Virus record (IMG/VR): IMGVR_UViG_3300011581_000001
Coordinates: 344-64,343 of that record
DNA from: a virus
Strand: one strand, 5' to 3'
DNA length: 64,000 bases
Shown here piece by piece: positions 27,784 to 37,597 of the stretch. Below the pieces are notes generated by a model. That model searched no databases. It had not been told where the DNA came from and worked only from the letters and a program-made list of their open reading frames with translations. Within the stretch, counting starts at the first letter, position 1, and each line of letters begins with the position of its first letter. The translations under genes and the position numbers were made by a program.

Positions 27784-28296
27784 TTGAAAGTAAATGTGTA
27801 CAAGCAAAGATGGTTGCTTGATTTTATCAACGAACAGGTAAGTAATTCTCATATTACAAATCAGTACAAGCTAGAGGAACGTATCCATAAGCGGTTAGAG
27901 AGGTATCTAGAATCAGTCAATGGATCGCACGACCATCGAGGAAAACTTAGAAAAATTGTATTGGAAGAAATAATCGAAGTTTCACGATCGTACCGGAAAG
28001 AACGGACAGACACCTTTAGCAGTTTATCAGTTGAAAGCAAGGACTTTGGCGAGTCCTTAGAGTTCGAGCCTCGAGATGATTTGGCGGTCATCGATGACAG
28101 ATTACTCGTAAACGAAATAATCGCCCGTTTGGCGACGGGCGATCAAGAAAAAGTGGTTTTGACAGAATGGTCGAAAGGTATCAAAGATAGTGCGATTGCC
28201 TCGACGTTGGCGCGTCTTTTTGGTGGCAAAGAAGATACACACGCTCGTAACATTCGACGATTCCGCAAAAAATTTCGAGCACAATTAAGTGCCTAA
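27784..28296 (+). CDS. Divergent sigma-factor-like transcription regulator
   Basis: 170 aa, C-terminal region-4-like HTH (G.KDSAIA..LA...RFRKK); TTG start with AGGAGG. Confidence 0.5.
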   Translation: MKVNVYKQRWLLDFINEQVSNSHITNQYKLEERIHKRLERYLESVNGSHDHRGKLRKIVLEEIIEVSRSYRKERTDTFSSLSVESKDFGESLEFEPRDDLAVIDDRLLVNEIIARLATGDQEKVVLTEWSKGIKDSAIASTLARLFGGKEDTHARNIRRFRKKFRAQLSA

Positions 28297-28565
28297 TTAA
28301 GTTGTGTGGTTAATTTAGCCGCTAACCGAGCGGGACATATTACGTCTATTTAGTTACTATGCTAGTAATAGGCGTAATATGTATTAAATAATCAAAAATC
28401 TGAAAATAAAAAGTATATTATCGGGCGGTCTAAATATGTAAATCGTATATATGTTTTCTTTAAATATCTTAAGGTGTATAGACAACCGCCTTCATTTGTT
28501 AGTATACCACGACTGTTACCGTTTTAAACACGAAATGCTTAAAAATTCGAAAGGAACGACTGAAA

Positions 28566-28739
28566 ATGAACCATTTTTACGATTTATTCGACAACGATTC
28601 ATATTCATGCGACGAAAGTACCGACTATCTGTCAGCAGAAGGGCGCACGCATTACGATTACAACGGATGCTTACCGTCCGACGATGATGCTGCCGATCAT
28701 TATCGCAGTATTCAACGTGCTTCTAACGTAATTTTATAA
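28566..28739 (+). CDS. 57-aa acidic protein (not in ORF track)
   Basis: MNHFYDLFDNDSYSCDESTDY...; GAAAGGA upstream. Confidence 0.5.
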   Translation: MNHFYDLFDNDSYSCDESTDYLSAEGRTHYDYNGCLPSDDDAADHYRSIQRASNVIL

Positions 28740-28821
28740 TATATTATACGCAGTTTCAACGTAAAAGTTTCGTTTTTATTTAATATTTATTGAATTATTT
28801 TTCGGAAAAGGAGCGGAAAGT

Positions 28822-29385
28822 ATGAAAAGAGAGCCGTTTAATAGGTCGGTAAATGTATCGTCACACGCAATTGATCGGGCAGTTGAACGCTTGGGGCAAA
28901 CGAAGCACTTCGCTGAACAGCATATTCGGCAGCTTCTCGCAGCATCTAACTATCACGGAGAAACACCGGCGCCGAACGGTAAGCGAGATATTTATATACA
29001 CCGTAAAACTGGCACGACTATCGTAATAGACCCGTCTAATAATATCGTAGTAACTGTTTATAAAGCGGAAGAACAGTCCAAATCAGCCGCATCAATCACG
29101 GTAGACCGTATCGCCAACGCAGTCAAACGCGAGTTCAAGCGTATGCAAACGGAAGTCACTCGCGAAGTGCGCAAGCTATCCGAGCAAGTCGCAATTATGC
29201 ACGCAGAAGCAGCGCAATTGAACGTTAACAAAATCCGCTGCCGTGCGCCACATACGCAATTACTGATTCAAGCGCGCATTGACGACATTCTGACGCGAGC
29301 AGACGAATTGGCGAAGGTTATCGACGTAAAATTGACGGAGATTGAGCGTGCTAAATCCGAGGTGCAGGCGGTGGCTGGCGAATGA
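28822..29385 (+). CDS. Protein with RelE/BECR-like N-terminal fold and coiled-coil tail
   Basis: VSSHAIDRAVER...IVVTVY pattern; AAAGGAG RBS. Confidence 0.55.
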   Translation: MKREPFNRSVNVSSHAIDRAVERLGQTKHFAEQHIRQLLAASNYHGETPAPNGKRDIYIHRKTGTTIVIDPSNNIVVTVYKAEEQSKSAASITVDRIANAVKREFKRMQTEVTREVRKLSEQVAIMHAEAAQLNVNKIRCRAPHTQLLIQARIDDILTRADELAKVIDVKLTEIERAKSEVQAVAGE

Positions 29386-29464
29386 GTAGCGACTTAATAG
29401 ACGCAGTAGCATCGTTATTTCACGCAATCTTTTCTAATAAACGGAACTCGAGCGACCAATAAGT

Positions 29465-29568
29465 GTCGCCCTTCCGAAAGTATCTCGGAGGTTGTTGAGA
29501 ACCTCGCACTTGCGGGGCATCACGTAAAGGGAGCCGGCACTTCCTCCGGTATGCTTTCGGACGGTGAC
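29465..29568 (+). other. Long structured element in the 5' leader of the SSB gene
   Basis: GTCGCC/GGTGAC, TCCGAAAGTAT/ATGCTTTCGGA and CGGAGG/CCTCCG nested stems enclosing a CCTCGCA/TGCGGGG hairpin. Confidence 0.6.
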
Positions 29569-29621
29569 TTTCACTATCCGGCAAATAACAAGCGCAATAT
29601 AGCGCAAAAGGAGACGGTTGA

Positions 29622-30377
29622 ATGAGTCAGTTTACATCGGGAATGGACGCTTTAAACGCGTTAAATGCAACGAATGATGGAGGCGGAAGTGGGCGCGAGT
29701 TCACATCGATTAAAAGTGGAAGCAAGTTCCTCGTAAAAGTAGTCGATAAAGCAGCGGTCCAAATGGCGTACAGCTTCGGCATCTTCAAGCAAATCAACTC
29801 ATTTGTCGCGAAGAATCCGTCAACGCGTTCGGCGACGGGCTGGCCAACGGATAACTTAACGCCGTGGGATAAAGCGTTCTTGTATCACAAAAACAAGTCG
29901 AATGATTTCAATGACGAGCACGGACAAGAGGCGTCTAAATATCGCGCTAAACAGCGGTTCGCAATGGCTTTCTTCGATATCGATCAAGGCGACTATATCA
30001 TCGTAGACTTATCGAAAAAGCAAGCGCAGGCAATCGCGGCGACAATTACGAAGTACGAGAAGAAGCTCGGCAAGTTAGCGTTCGAGCTTGCGAAGGAAGG
30101 TACGGGAACGGCTACGACGGTATCGCTATCGCCTGTGTTAGATATGGACGATGACTTGACGGATAAACAGCGCGAGAACTTCGCCAAAGCTCCGGAAGTG
30201 TTCGACCATACCGTATTTAACGGAATTTGGTACGAACAAGATGAAGCTCAAATGGTCGCTTTATTGCGCCAAGCCGGATTCGATGTAACGCTTATCGGAT
30301 ACTCCGCTAGCCAGGACGCTTTTGAAACTGGCGAAACACTTCCGGACGAGGGCGAATCTGACCCATTGCCGTTCTAG
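29622..30377 (+). CDS. Single-stranded DNA-binding protein
   Basis: Position in replication module and acidic C-terminus ending DEGESDPLPF. Confidence 0.65.
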   Translation: MSQFTSGMDALNALNATNDGGGSGREFTSIKSGSKFLVKVVDKAAVQMAYSFGIFKQINSFVAKNPSTRSATGWPTDNLTPWDKAFLYHKNKSNDFNDEHGQEASKYRAKQRFAMAFFDIDQGDYIIVDLSKKQAQAIAATITKYEKKLGKLAFELAKEGTGTATTVSLSPVLDMDDDLTDKQRENFAKAPEVFDHTVFNGIWYEQDEAQMVALLRQAGFDVTLIGYSASQDAFETGETLPDEGESDPLPF

Positions 30378-30398
30378 TCCGTAGGAGGTGACGCAACT

Positions 30399-30788
30399 AT
30401 GACGCAATCACAACTATCAACATCTGTCGTCGGTAGACATTCCGAATTGCTAGCGATGGCAGCACTATTAGCTGACGGATGGTCGGTTTCCGAGCCGACC
30501 GTGCCTGAAGCGCACGACTTAAAAGCGGAGAAGGACGGCATTACGGTTAAAATCCAGGTCAAGACGATTAAATTGCGCGTTAAGGACGGCGTCCCATATT
30601 ACGTCATACGCGGTCTTAAAAATAGCGGGCAAGTTTACGACAAGTACGACTGTGATGCGTTCGTTGGCGTCTATGACGGTCAAGTGTATTACGTGGAAAA
30701 TTCGGAGCTTAGCGAATACTGGACGAAGGCAGACGAACCGAAATGGCGGATGTTGCCGATTAAAATACAAAATGCGGAGGCGGTTTAA
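30399..30788 (+). CDS. PD-(D/E)XK endonuclease (intron-associated-type family), free-standing
   Basis: G..SEL.A...L...GW.VS.P....HDL......KIQVKT. Confidence 0.75.
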   Translation: MTQSQLSTSVVGRHSELLAMAALLADGWSVSEPTVPEAHDLKAEKDGITVKIQVKTIKLRVKDGVPYYVIRGLKNSGQVYDKYDCDAFVGVYDGQVYYVENSELSEYWTKADEPKWRMLPIKIQNAEAV

Positions 30789-30790
30789 TA

Positions 30791-31339
30791 ATGAAGATTA
30801 CAATTAGCGGAAATGTTATCGAAGGTACACCGGAAGAGTTAGCGGAGTATTTCGCAATGACCGAGGATTTGGCGAAAGCGGATATGTGCGAGGACGTTTG
30901 TTGCGAAGATATTGAACCGGAAGATAATCCGAAATTAAAAGCGGGCGATTTCGTAGTGTTTAGCGATTTTGATCGCTATGCCGACATCACTATCGGAACT
31001 CCTTACGAAATTTACTTTGATGGTGAAGATTTAGCGTTTAAAGATGATGTAGGCGACGAGCGCGTATATCCACTAACTAACGATGATTGTAAATATGAAA
31101 TCCTATCCGCAGACGAAGCGAAATGGGCGAAGTTAGGGCGCAAGGTTGGACAACTAAAACAGGGCGATATCGTATTTGTAACGCATTCAGACGGCGGTAT
31201 TTTATATGGTAAAGCTACTGAAAACGGCACAAACGGTTCAATTATGGTTGACTTCGGTAAGACGTTAAGAATTTGCACGGAGAAAATTTCTGATTTAACG
31301 TTAGTCGCGCCAGTCGAATCAGTATTAACGCATAACTAA
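30791..31339 (+). CDS. Hypothetical phage protein
   Basis: GGAGG RBS; IEGTPEELAE N-terminus, SH3-like segments. Confidence 0.7.
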   Translation: MKITISGNVIEGTPEELAEYFAMTEDLAKADMCEDVCCEDIEPEDNPKLKAGDFVVFSDFDRYADITIGTPYEIYFDGEDLAFKDDVGDERVYPLTNDDCKYEILSADEAKWAKLGRKVGQLKQGDIVFVTHSDGGILYGKATENGTNGSIMVDFGKTLRICTEKISDLTLVAPVESVLTHN

Positions 31340-31367
31340 CGCTACGCGCGAAAGCAGAAAGGGGCGG

Positions 31368-34184
31368 TTGCAAATGCAACTTAACGTAAAACTCAATACG
31401 CCAACGCAGTCGGACGATAGCGACAAAGCAGCCGCTTTAAAGTCCGCTACAGAGCGTAAGAAAGATGCAACAGAATCGATTGAGGACGCTTGGAAGCGGA
31501 TATTGGCAATGAAACTAACGGATGCTCAACGATTAACTTTACTTGAAGCGAAAAGGGCGATGGATAACGGAAAGGTAGGACGCCTCAAAACGGGCAAGTT
31601 TTCGAAGGAAGAGGCGCTTGAAATCGGTCGCCGAGTTGTCGCTGAAAAGAACGAGCGTGAGCGTAAACGCCGTATGGAAGAAACGGTCAAAACTAAACCG
31701 GATAACTACTTCGTTATTACGAAAGATAGCGATTTGCCACATCTAGTTGAACGCTTAAAGCTCGAAGTAGAAGCGCAAAAATCTGACGCATGGTTCCGTA
31801 AGGTATTCGACTTATTCAATAATACGCACATTCGCGAAAGACTATTGAAAGAAGGCGTAGAAATTCCGTTAGTAACGTCATTTACCGAATGGGATACGGA
31901 AACAAGCGGAACGGATACGTATATCGATTTAAGCGGAGGCTATTCGTTTTGGTTGCCGATGTTAAACGAAGGTTATTACGTAGCATACGGACATTTAACG
32001 GACGATGAACAATGTACACGATCACAAGCGTTAGAAGTCGTCAAAGTGTTCATTGAGGATGCGCAGCACATTAAAGCGTTCCACAATACGCCCTTCGACT
32101 TATCGATGTTCTTAAATGACGGAATGGAGCCGAAAGGTTTCCGATACGATTCGATGGATGCGGCGCAAATAATGAATGAGCACGAAGAACAATTCGGTTT
32201 GAAGCCGTTAGTTACGAAGTATAAAAAGTATATTGGCGCCGAGCACATGGACGATTTCACATTCGAAGATTTATTCGGTAACGGCTCGCCGCTTATTTAT
32301 TCACCCGAAATCGTAGGAATATATGCGATTAAGGATACGGAAAAGGGCTGGCTACTGACGAAATGGCAAATCGATACGATGCTTAAAACGGATAGATTAG
32401 CGTTTGCCTACTTTCAAATACGCCAATATCTTTACGAAGTTAATACGACAATAGAACGTACTGGATTCGTAGTCGATACGGAGGAGTTATCGCGATTAGA
32501 AATCGAGTTCTCCGAAAAATTAGACGCAGCAATCAAGTCGTTACATGAAGCGTATAACATTGACGATCAATTCCTTTACGACATGTCGCTCGCTATTAAA
32601 GGCGAAAAGATTCGCGAATGGCAAGCGTCACAAACGAAGCGTATCAAAAAGCAAGCCGAAATGTTAGCGCAATGTGAGGCGGAGTTGAAACGTTCTAATC
32701 CTGCGACGAAGAAATATTCGCAGTTACAAGAACGTATTCGCAAATACAAAGCTTCGCCATTAGCGGAGCCTATTCCGCAAAATGCGCCGGATTATGTTCA
32801 CGAAATCAACTTCGATTCGGACCAACATTTACAGTATCTAATTTACGACGTACTGCAAATCGAGGATAAATCGAAAGTTATCGATAAGAAAAAGGAGCGA
32901 TTAACGAATAAGGACGTATTGGCGCTGTACTTCAAATCGGAGCCGTCATTAAAGCCGTTGGCCGAGTATTCGAAGCTATCAACGCTCTTAGGTACGTTCG
33001 TCCGCAAGATTCCGAACGCCCTCGATAAAGACGGGCGCTTGCATACGAAGTTAGATACCGTTTCAACCGGCCGATATAGTTCGAAGGGGTATACGGGCAA
33101 AAGTAATGACGTATTCTTTGCGGACATCAACGACGACAACTTCCTCGAAGCAATGCGAATCTTAGTTGACGCTGAAAAGAAAACGCGTAAAGGTACGAAT
33201 CTACAAAACATTCCCGCAAGGACTGACGAAGGAACTCGCGTCCGAATGGCGTTCAAACCTCCGGAAAATCATACGTTTATCGGTTCCGATTTATCATCGA
33301 TTGAGCCACGTATACAGGCGCACCGAATGGAAGTCGAGTTTACCGATAGCATCTTCGCAGAAATGTACCGTAAAGGACTGGATCCTTACGTCGAGTTTGC
33401 AGCGATTCTATTCGAAGTCCCACGCGAAGTTTGCGTTGAGTCGTACTATAAATCCGTAAAAGGAACGGCTGACGAAGTGCCTGCGTATCGAAAAGCGATG
33501 AAGCAAGCGTTCTTAGCGCGTGGATACGGGCAAGCGAAGGATATGTTCTACAAAGGCGTTATTCCTTACAACGTTACCGAAGAACAAGCGTATTATGCTT
33601 ACGATAAGTTTGACGAAGTTCTTCCGGGATTCGGCGGTATGGTCGAGGCTACATTTGAGCATTTACGTAAATACGGTTGGGTCGGTACAATATTCGGACA
33701 AAAGCGCCGATTCCCTGGATACGTAGAAAAATACAAGCGCTTATGTCAGTTAATGAAACGTTGTGGTATTACGGATAAGAACGATCCAGAACTCGGTAAG
33801 AAGTCGAATAAATTACCGTGGAAAGACCGTTCGGAATTTTGGGACTTAATGCGATTCACTGGCGGGTGTGAGCGTGCAGCGTTTAACCATACGATTCAAG
33901 GTTCGGGCGCTAACATACTGCAACTTTGTATGATTCGCGTTTACTATCAATGCGTACTAGGACTCGGGTGGGAGTTCGCGCTAACATTGCATGACGAGCT
34001 CAAGTGCGCCGTACCTAACGAACAACTGACGGAAGATGCTCCGAAACTGTTCGATAGTATTATGACGGACACGTATCACTTAGTATTACCATTAGCGTGC
34101 GATACCGTAATTGAGCCGAAGTGGATGGAAGAGTATTCGCCATCCGAATGGTTCGCAAAACAAAACGAGGAGGAAATGGAATGA
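31368..34184 (+). CDS. polA: Family A DNA polymerase with 3'-5' exonuclease
   Basis: DTETSG, HN..FDL, TGRYSS, NLQNIP, DLSSIEPR, NH.IQGS.A, LHDEL. Confidence 0.95.
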   Translation: MQMQLNVKLNTPTQSDDSDKAAALKSATERKKDATESIEDAWKRILAMKLTDAQRLTLLEAKRAMDNGKVGRLKTGKFSKEEALEIGRRVVAEKNERERKRRMEETVKTKPDNYFVITKDSDLPHLVERLKLEVEAQKSDAWFRKVFDLFNNTHIRERLLKEGVEIPLVTSFTEWDTETSGTDTYIDLSGGYSFWLPMLNEGYYVAYGHLTDDEQCTRSQALEVVKVFIEDAQHIKAFHNTPFDLSMFLNDGMEPKGFRYDSMDAAQIMNEHEEQFGLKPLVTKYKKYIGAEHMDDFTFEDLFGNGSPLIYSPEIVGIYAIKDTEKGWLLTKWQIDTMLKTDRLAFAYFQIRQYLYEVNTTIERTGFVVDTEELSRLEIEFSEKLDAAIKSLHEAYNIDDQFLYDMSLAIKGEKIREWQASQTKRIKKQAEMLAQCEAELKRSNPATKKYSQLQERIRKYKASPLAEPIPQNAPDYVHEINFDSDQHLQYLIYDVLQIEDKSKVIDKKKERLTNKDVLALYFKSEPSLKPLAEYSKLSTLLGTFVRKIPNALDKDGRLHTKLDTVSTGRYSSKGYTGKSNDVFFADINDDNFLEAMRILVDAEKKTRKGTNLQNIPARTDEGTRVRMAFKPPENHTFIGSDLSSIEPRIQAHRMEVEFTDSIFAEMYRKGLDPYVEFAAILFEVPREVCVESYYKSVKGTADEVPAYRKAMKQAFLARGYGQAKDMFYKGVIPYNVTEEQAYYAYDKFDEVLPGFGGMVEATFEHLRKYGWVGTIFGQKRRFPGYVEKYKRLCQLMKRCGITDKNDPELGKKSNKLPWKDRSEFWDLMRFTGGCERAAFNHTIQGSGANILQLCMIRVYYQCVLGLGWEFALTLHDELKCAVPNEQLTEDAPKLFDSIMTDTYHLVLPLACDTVIEPKWMEEYSPSEWFAKQNEEEME

Positions 34185-34483
34185 CAACGATCAAATTAAC
34201 GCACGACATCGTTAAAAACGATATTTTCTACGAAGAAAGCGACTTCGAATTTGATGGTGAGACTTACGAGTATGTCGAAGAGTTAGACCGTTCAATGGAC
34301 GAACATGGGCGAGACTTTACTTATTTATATAAACGCAAGTCTGACGGAAAATATTTCAGAATAACCGTATGGCAGGAACGACAAAGTTACGAAGATTACT
34401 GTTACGAGGAATACGGAAACGACTGCGAATTAATCGAAGTAGAAAAGCGCGAAAAAGTAATTACGATTTGGGAGGCGGTTTAA
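34181..34483 (+). CDS. Hypothetical acidic protein
   Basis: ATGA overlap with polA, GAGGAGG RBS. Confidence 0.7.
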   Translation: MTTIKLTHDIVKNDIFYEESDFEFDGETYEYVEELDRSMDEHGRDFTYLYKRKSDGKYFRITVWQERQSYEDYCYEEYGNDCELIEVEKREKVITIWEAV

Positions 34484-35091
34484 TGAATTACGTTCAATTT
34501 ACGAAAGCAGCAGCGAAGATAACGAAAACGTCGAGCAAGAGCCGTCCCGTATTAACGGGAGTAAATCATACGGAAGATTACGTATGTGCAACGGATTCGC
34601 ACCGCTTATTATATGTGACGGGAATTTACGATGGAGCACCGAAAGTAGAGGACATTACGACAGGCGCACTTATTGACGGAAATTATCCGGACGTTCGCGG
34701 ATTACTTCCTTATGAGGACGATTATAGATTCCAGGCGGAATTAGACGTAAAGAGTACACTTGCCGCATTAAAAGCGATTAAATCGGCATCACACGCAATC
34801 AAACAAGGGAAATCGATTGACGACCATTTAATCGTCAAGTTGAATGGGACGTCAATCTCGTTTGAAACCGACGCTATTAGCGAAGTACAAGCGGGATATT
34901 CTACGCCTGTTATCACGAAATCCGACGGAGAATTAACGCTTACTATCAACATTAAATACGCGATTGAGATGTTAGAAGCGTTCAAGGACGTTGAGCAAAC
35001 GGTTACGTTTAACGCAATTTCCGCTGTACGTCCAGTAACAATTACAGCAGGCAATGCGATTTATTTAACGCTACCAATACGAGTATCTTAG
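34483..35091 (+). CDS. Short DnaN (beta clamp)-like protein
   Basis: SRPVLTGV, ATDSHRL, G.YPD...L.P, N.KY..E.L and L.LPIR match the middle and C-terminal domains of beta clamp; only 202 aa. Confidence 0.8.
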   Translation: MNYVQFTKAAAKITKTSSKSRPVLTGVNHTEDYVCATDSHRLLYVTGIYDGAPKVEDITTGALIDGNYPDVRGLLPYEDDYRFQAELDVKSTLAALKAIKSASHAIKQGKSIDDHLIVKLNGTSISFETDAISEVQAGYSTPVITKSDGELTLTINIKYAIEMLEAFKDVEQTVTFNAISAVRPVTITAGNAIYLTLPIRVS

Positions 35092-35105
35092 GAGGAATTT
35101 AACGT

Positions 35106-35387
35106 ATGACACAAATCGTAATCAAGAAATTCACGCAGGAAAATTGCCGTCCATGCCAGGTATTATCCTACGCATTGGACGCAGAGCAAGCGGAACTAGC
35201 CGAAGCTGGCGCAATCATCGAGGAAATCAAACTCGAAGAAGCCGGCAAAGAGGCGTTCGATCAATACGGAATTATGAGCACGCCGACACTCGTATTCGAG
35301 CGGAATGGTATCGAGATGGCGCGCTTAGGAATGGTGAACATTCGCGAAATTTTCGACGCTATTGAATTTGCGAAAACAGCACGCTAG
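35106..35387 (+). CDS. Thioredoxin/NrdH-like redoxin
   Basis: CRPC motif and YGIMSTPTL. Confidence 0.85.
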   Translation: MTQIVIKKFTQENCRPCQVLSYALDAEQAELAEAGAIIEEIKLEEAGKEAFDQYGIMSTPTLVFERNGIEMARLGMVNIREIFDAIEFAKTAR

Positions 35388-35398
35388 GAGGCGGAAGG

Positions 35399-35584
35399 AT
35401 GAAACGATTAATTCATAAAGTCGGACACATATCGAACACGGACGGAATGGAGTTTTACGAAGGTGTAAGACAAATGGTAGAAGAATGGCAATCGGAAGGG
35501 TATTACGCCGAGATACAGTATCAAACGGCAGTTCAACCGAATGGTGTAGCAGTATTTTCCGCATTATTGCTCGGCTATAAATAA
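35399..35584 (+). CDS. Hypothetical protein
   Basis: AGGAGG RBS; Q.EGY..EIQYQ motif. Confidence 0.65.
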   Translation: MKRLIHKVGHISNTDGMEFYEGVRQMVEEWQSEGYYAEIQYQTAVQPNGVAVFSALLLGYK

Positions 35585-35597
35585 GGAGGACGATTAA

Positions 35598-36692
35598 TTG
35601 AGCTACGCGCAAACGACTAACAACGATGCACTATCTGCCTTATATGGCGACGACAACGAACAATTACTCGGAAGTATCTACGAAGAGGGAAACGCCCTTG
35701 CTGCGGAGTTCATCGCACAAATGGACGAATACTATTCGCAGCCTTCGTCGAGTTTCTACGATAACAAAATCGAGCGCAAATTCCTCGAACAGAAACTCGC
35801 TCACCTCGGATTCAAGCCATATCCGAATGACGGACTCGTAACGTTCGGGGCCTCGGGAAGTAATTTATGCGACCGTCAAATCGTATTCAAGAACGCGAAA
35901 ATCAAAACGGAGAAAACGCCCGACTTACCGCATCGAGCACGTCAACGTCGCGTAGGTACTGCGGTCATCGACTACGTACAGCTCGATATTTGCCACGTGC
36001 CGAAGCGACTCGGAAATGACGCAGTATTCACGTTTGCGACGTTGCCTAACGGCGAATGGGCGTTCGAGGACGCGATGCAAGTGCGCCAGGTAATCGAGCA
36101 CAATGGCGTTAAATTCGCTATCACCGTGAAGCCCGACGGAATCTTGAACTATCGTGATGACGCAGATAGGCGTTTTATCTTCGAATATAAGACGAAGGCT
36201 TCGGGCGTAGTCGAAATGAACGGCAAACTCGATTATAGCGGAGCACAAGCGGATCATTTACGCCAGGTAACGGCAGAGGCGATTGTATTCGGCATTAACG
36301 AAGGCTTTATCGTTTATGAATCGATGCACAAGCCGTCATGGTTTAGCGATGAAGAACGGAAGAATGTTCCGAAAACACGCAAGACTTGGCGAGATGGCGA
36401 AGCACTGCCGGATATGCGCGCCATGTACTTCTATATCACCGAGGAAATGAAAACGGAATTGCTCGACGATTTAGCGCGCCAAGCGGAATTGGTTTATAAC
36501 GGTGAGATTCCGAAGATGACTGCGGAGTTTACGAGCAAGTGCGGATTCTGCGCGTTTAAAGCCCATTGCAAGGCGAGTTTGAGCGAGGAGGAGTTGGCGG
36601 AATTGAGCGAGATTGAGACGAAAATGGCCGCGTCGGGTATGGCGGGTAAACGGGAGCATACGGATTTACGAAATTATTTGGCGGAAATTTAG
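35598..36692 (+). CDS. Cas4/AddB-like PD-(D/E)XK exonuclease
   Basis: C.RQ, KPDG, FEYKT, C-terminal KCGFCAFK.HC Fe-S ligands. Confidence 0.8.
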   Translation: MSYAQTTNNDALSALYGDDNEQLLGSIYEEGNALAAEFIAQMDEYYSQPSSSFYDNKIERKFLEQKLAHLGFKPYPNDGLVTFGASGSNLCDRQIVFKNAKIKTEKTPDLPHRARQRRVGTAVIDYVQLDICHVPKRLGNDAVFTFATLPNGEWAFEDAMQVRQVIEHNGVKFAITVKPDGILNYRDDADRRFIFEYKTKASGVVEMNGKLDYSGAQADHLRQVTAEAIVFGINEGFIVYESMHKPSWFSDEERKNVPKTRKTWRDGEALPDMRAMYFYITEEMKTELLDDLARQAELVYNGEIPKMTAEFTSKCGFCAFKAHCKASLSEEELAELSEIETKMAASGMAGKREHTDLRNYLAEI

Positions 36693-36699
36693 CGCGATG

Positions 36700-36741
36700 T
36701 GTCCGGTTTTTGCAACTTTAGTGTGTGTATAAAGTAAGAGG
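36700..36741 (+). promoter_or_regulatory. Phage-specific promoter motif, copy 3
   Basis: TGTCCG-N11-TTTAGTGTGTGTAT before the ruvC/nrd operon. Confidence 0.75.
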
Positions 36742-36778
36742 GCGCAATCACAGCGCAATTAACGAGGAGGCTGAACGA

Positions 36779-37597
36779 ATGGAAAAGACGGCAAACTTTA
36801 AAGTTGGCGATAAGGTGCGTATTTTGAACGTTGATAAAATCTTATACGGTCGCGATTATTGGAAAAACGGTGATGTTACCGAAATTAAGCGAATAGATGG
36901 AGACGGAGATATTCGTGCAGTGGCGACATACGGCGAACATAAGCGCGAAACGTATTTAATCAGCACGAATGAGTTCGCTTATATCGAAAAAGTATCCGAG
37001 AAACCAACGAAGAATCAACGCATTAGCGCACTTGAATCCGAAGTTGCCACGCTAACACGACGTATTGAAGCGCTAGAGCAAGGCAAGAGTTATACGCACA
37101 CACCGCGAAAAAGCGTGGAAGTGATTACGCCAATCGGCGCAAATCAAGCCCGCAAAGCGATCATTGACGAGGCGAAGGCGTTTGTTGAAACGGAAGGCAA
37201 TACGAATTACGTCGCTTGCCATTACGATTACCACGTGAACGTAGAAAAACGAACGGTAGTCGCATTGCGAATCGGAAATCATTCGGGCACAGTTCGAGCT
37301 AGAGGAATCGCAAAATGCGCACCAGACGACGTATTCAACGCAGACATCGGCAAGGCAATTGCGCTAGGTCGAGCGCTAGGCTTGGACGTAGAGCGATTTG
37401 AGCAAGCGGTTAAGCCTACGGAATTTGCGGTAGGACAATCGTTCGAGTGGGATACGAGCTATGACACGCGAATCGAAACAATTACGGAAATTAAGAAAGG
37501 TTCAGCGTATGTTAAAAATGGCGGATGGTTTTGGTTGACTCGCGCTCAACAAAGTAATTACCGTATCATCGACGACACCGAGGCACAATATGTCTAA
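36779..37597 (+). CDS. Hypothetical phage protein
   Basis: FKVGDKVRI N-terminus and GIAKCAPDDVFN..IGKAIAL.RA motif; GAGGAGG RBS. Confidence 0.75.
   Translation: MEKTANFKVGDKVRILNVDKILYGRDYWKNGDVTEIKRIDGDGDIRAVATYGEHKRETYLISTNEFAYIEKVSEKPTKNQRISALESEVATLTRRIEALEQGKSYTHTPRKSVEVITPIGANQARKAIIDEAKAFVETEGNTNYVACHYDYHVNVEKRTVVALRIGNHSGTVRARGIAKCAPDDVFNADIGKAIALGRALGLDVERFEQAVKPTEFAVGQSFEWDTSYDTRIETITEIKKGSAYVKNGGWFWLTRAQQSNYRIIDDTEAQYV

Noticed and set aside
16981-28560. Arbitrium or Rap-Phr communication system
   Set aside because: No ~380-aa TPR receptor with adjacent secreted propeptide found
35598-36692. Cas4-like gene as sign of CRISPR-Cas
   Set aside because: No repeat-spacer array or other cas genes seen; Cas4-like exonucleases are common in phage replication modules
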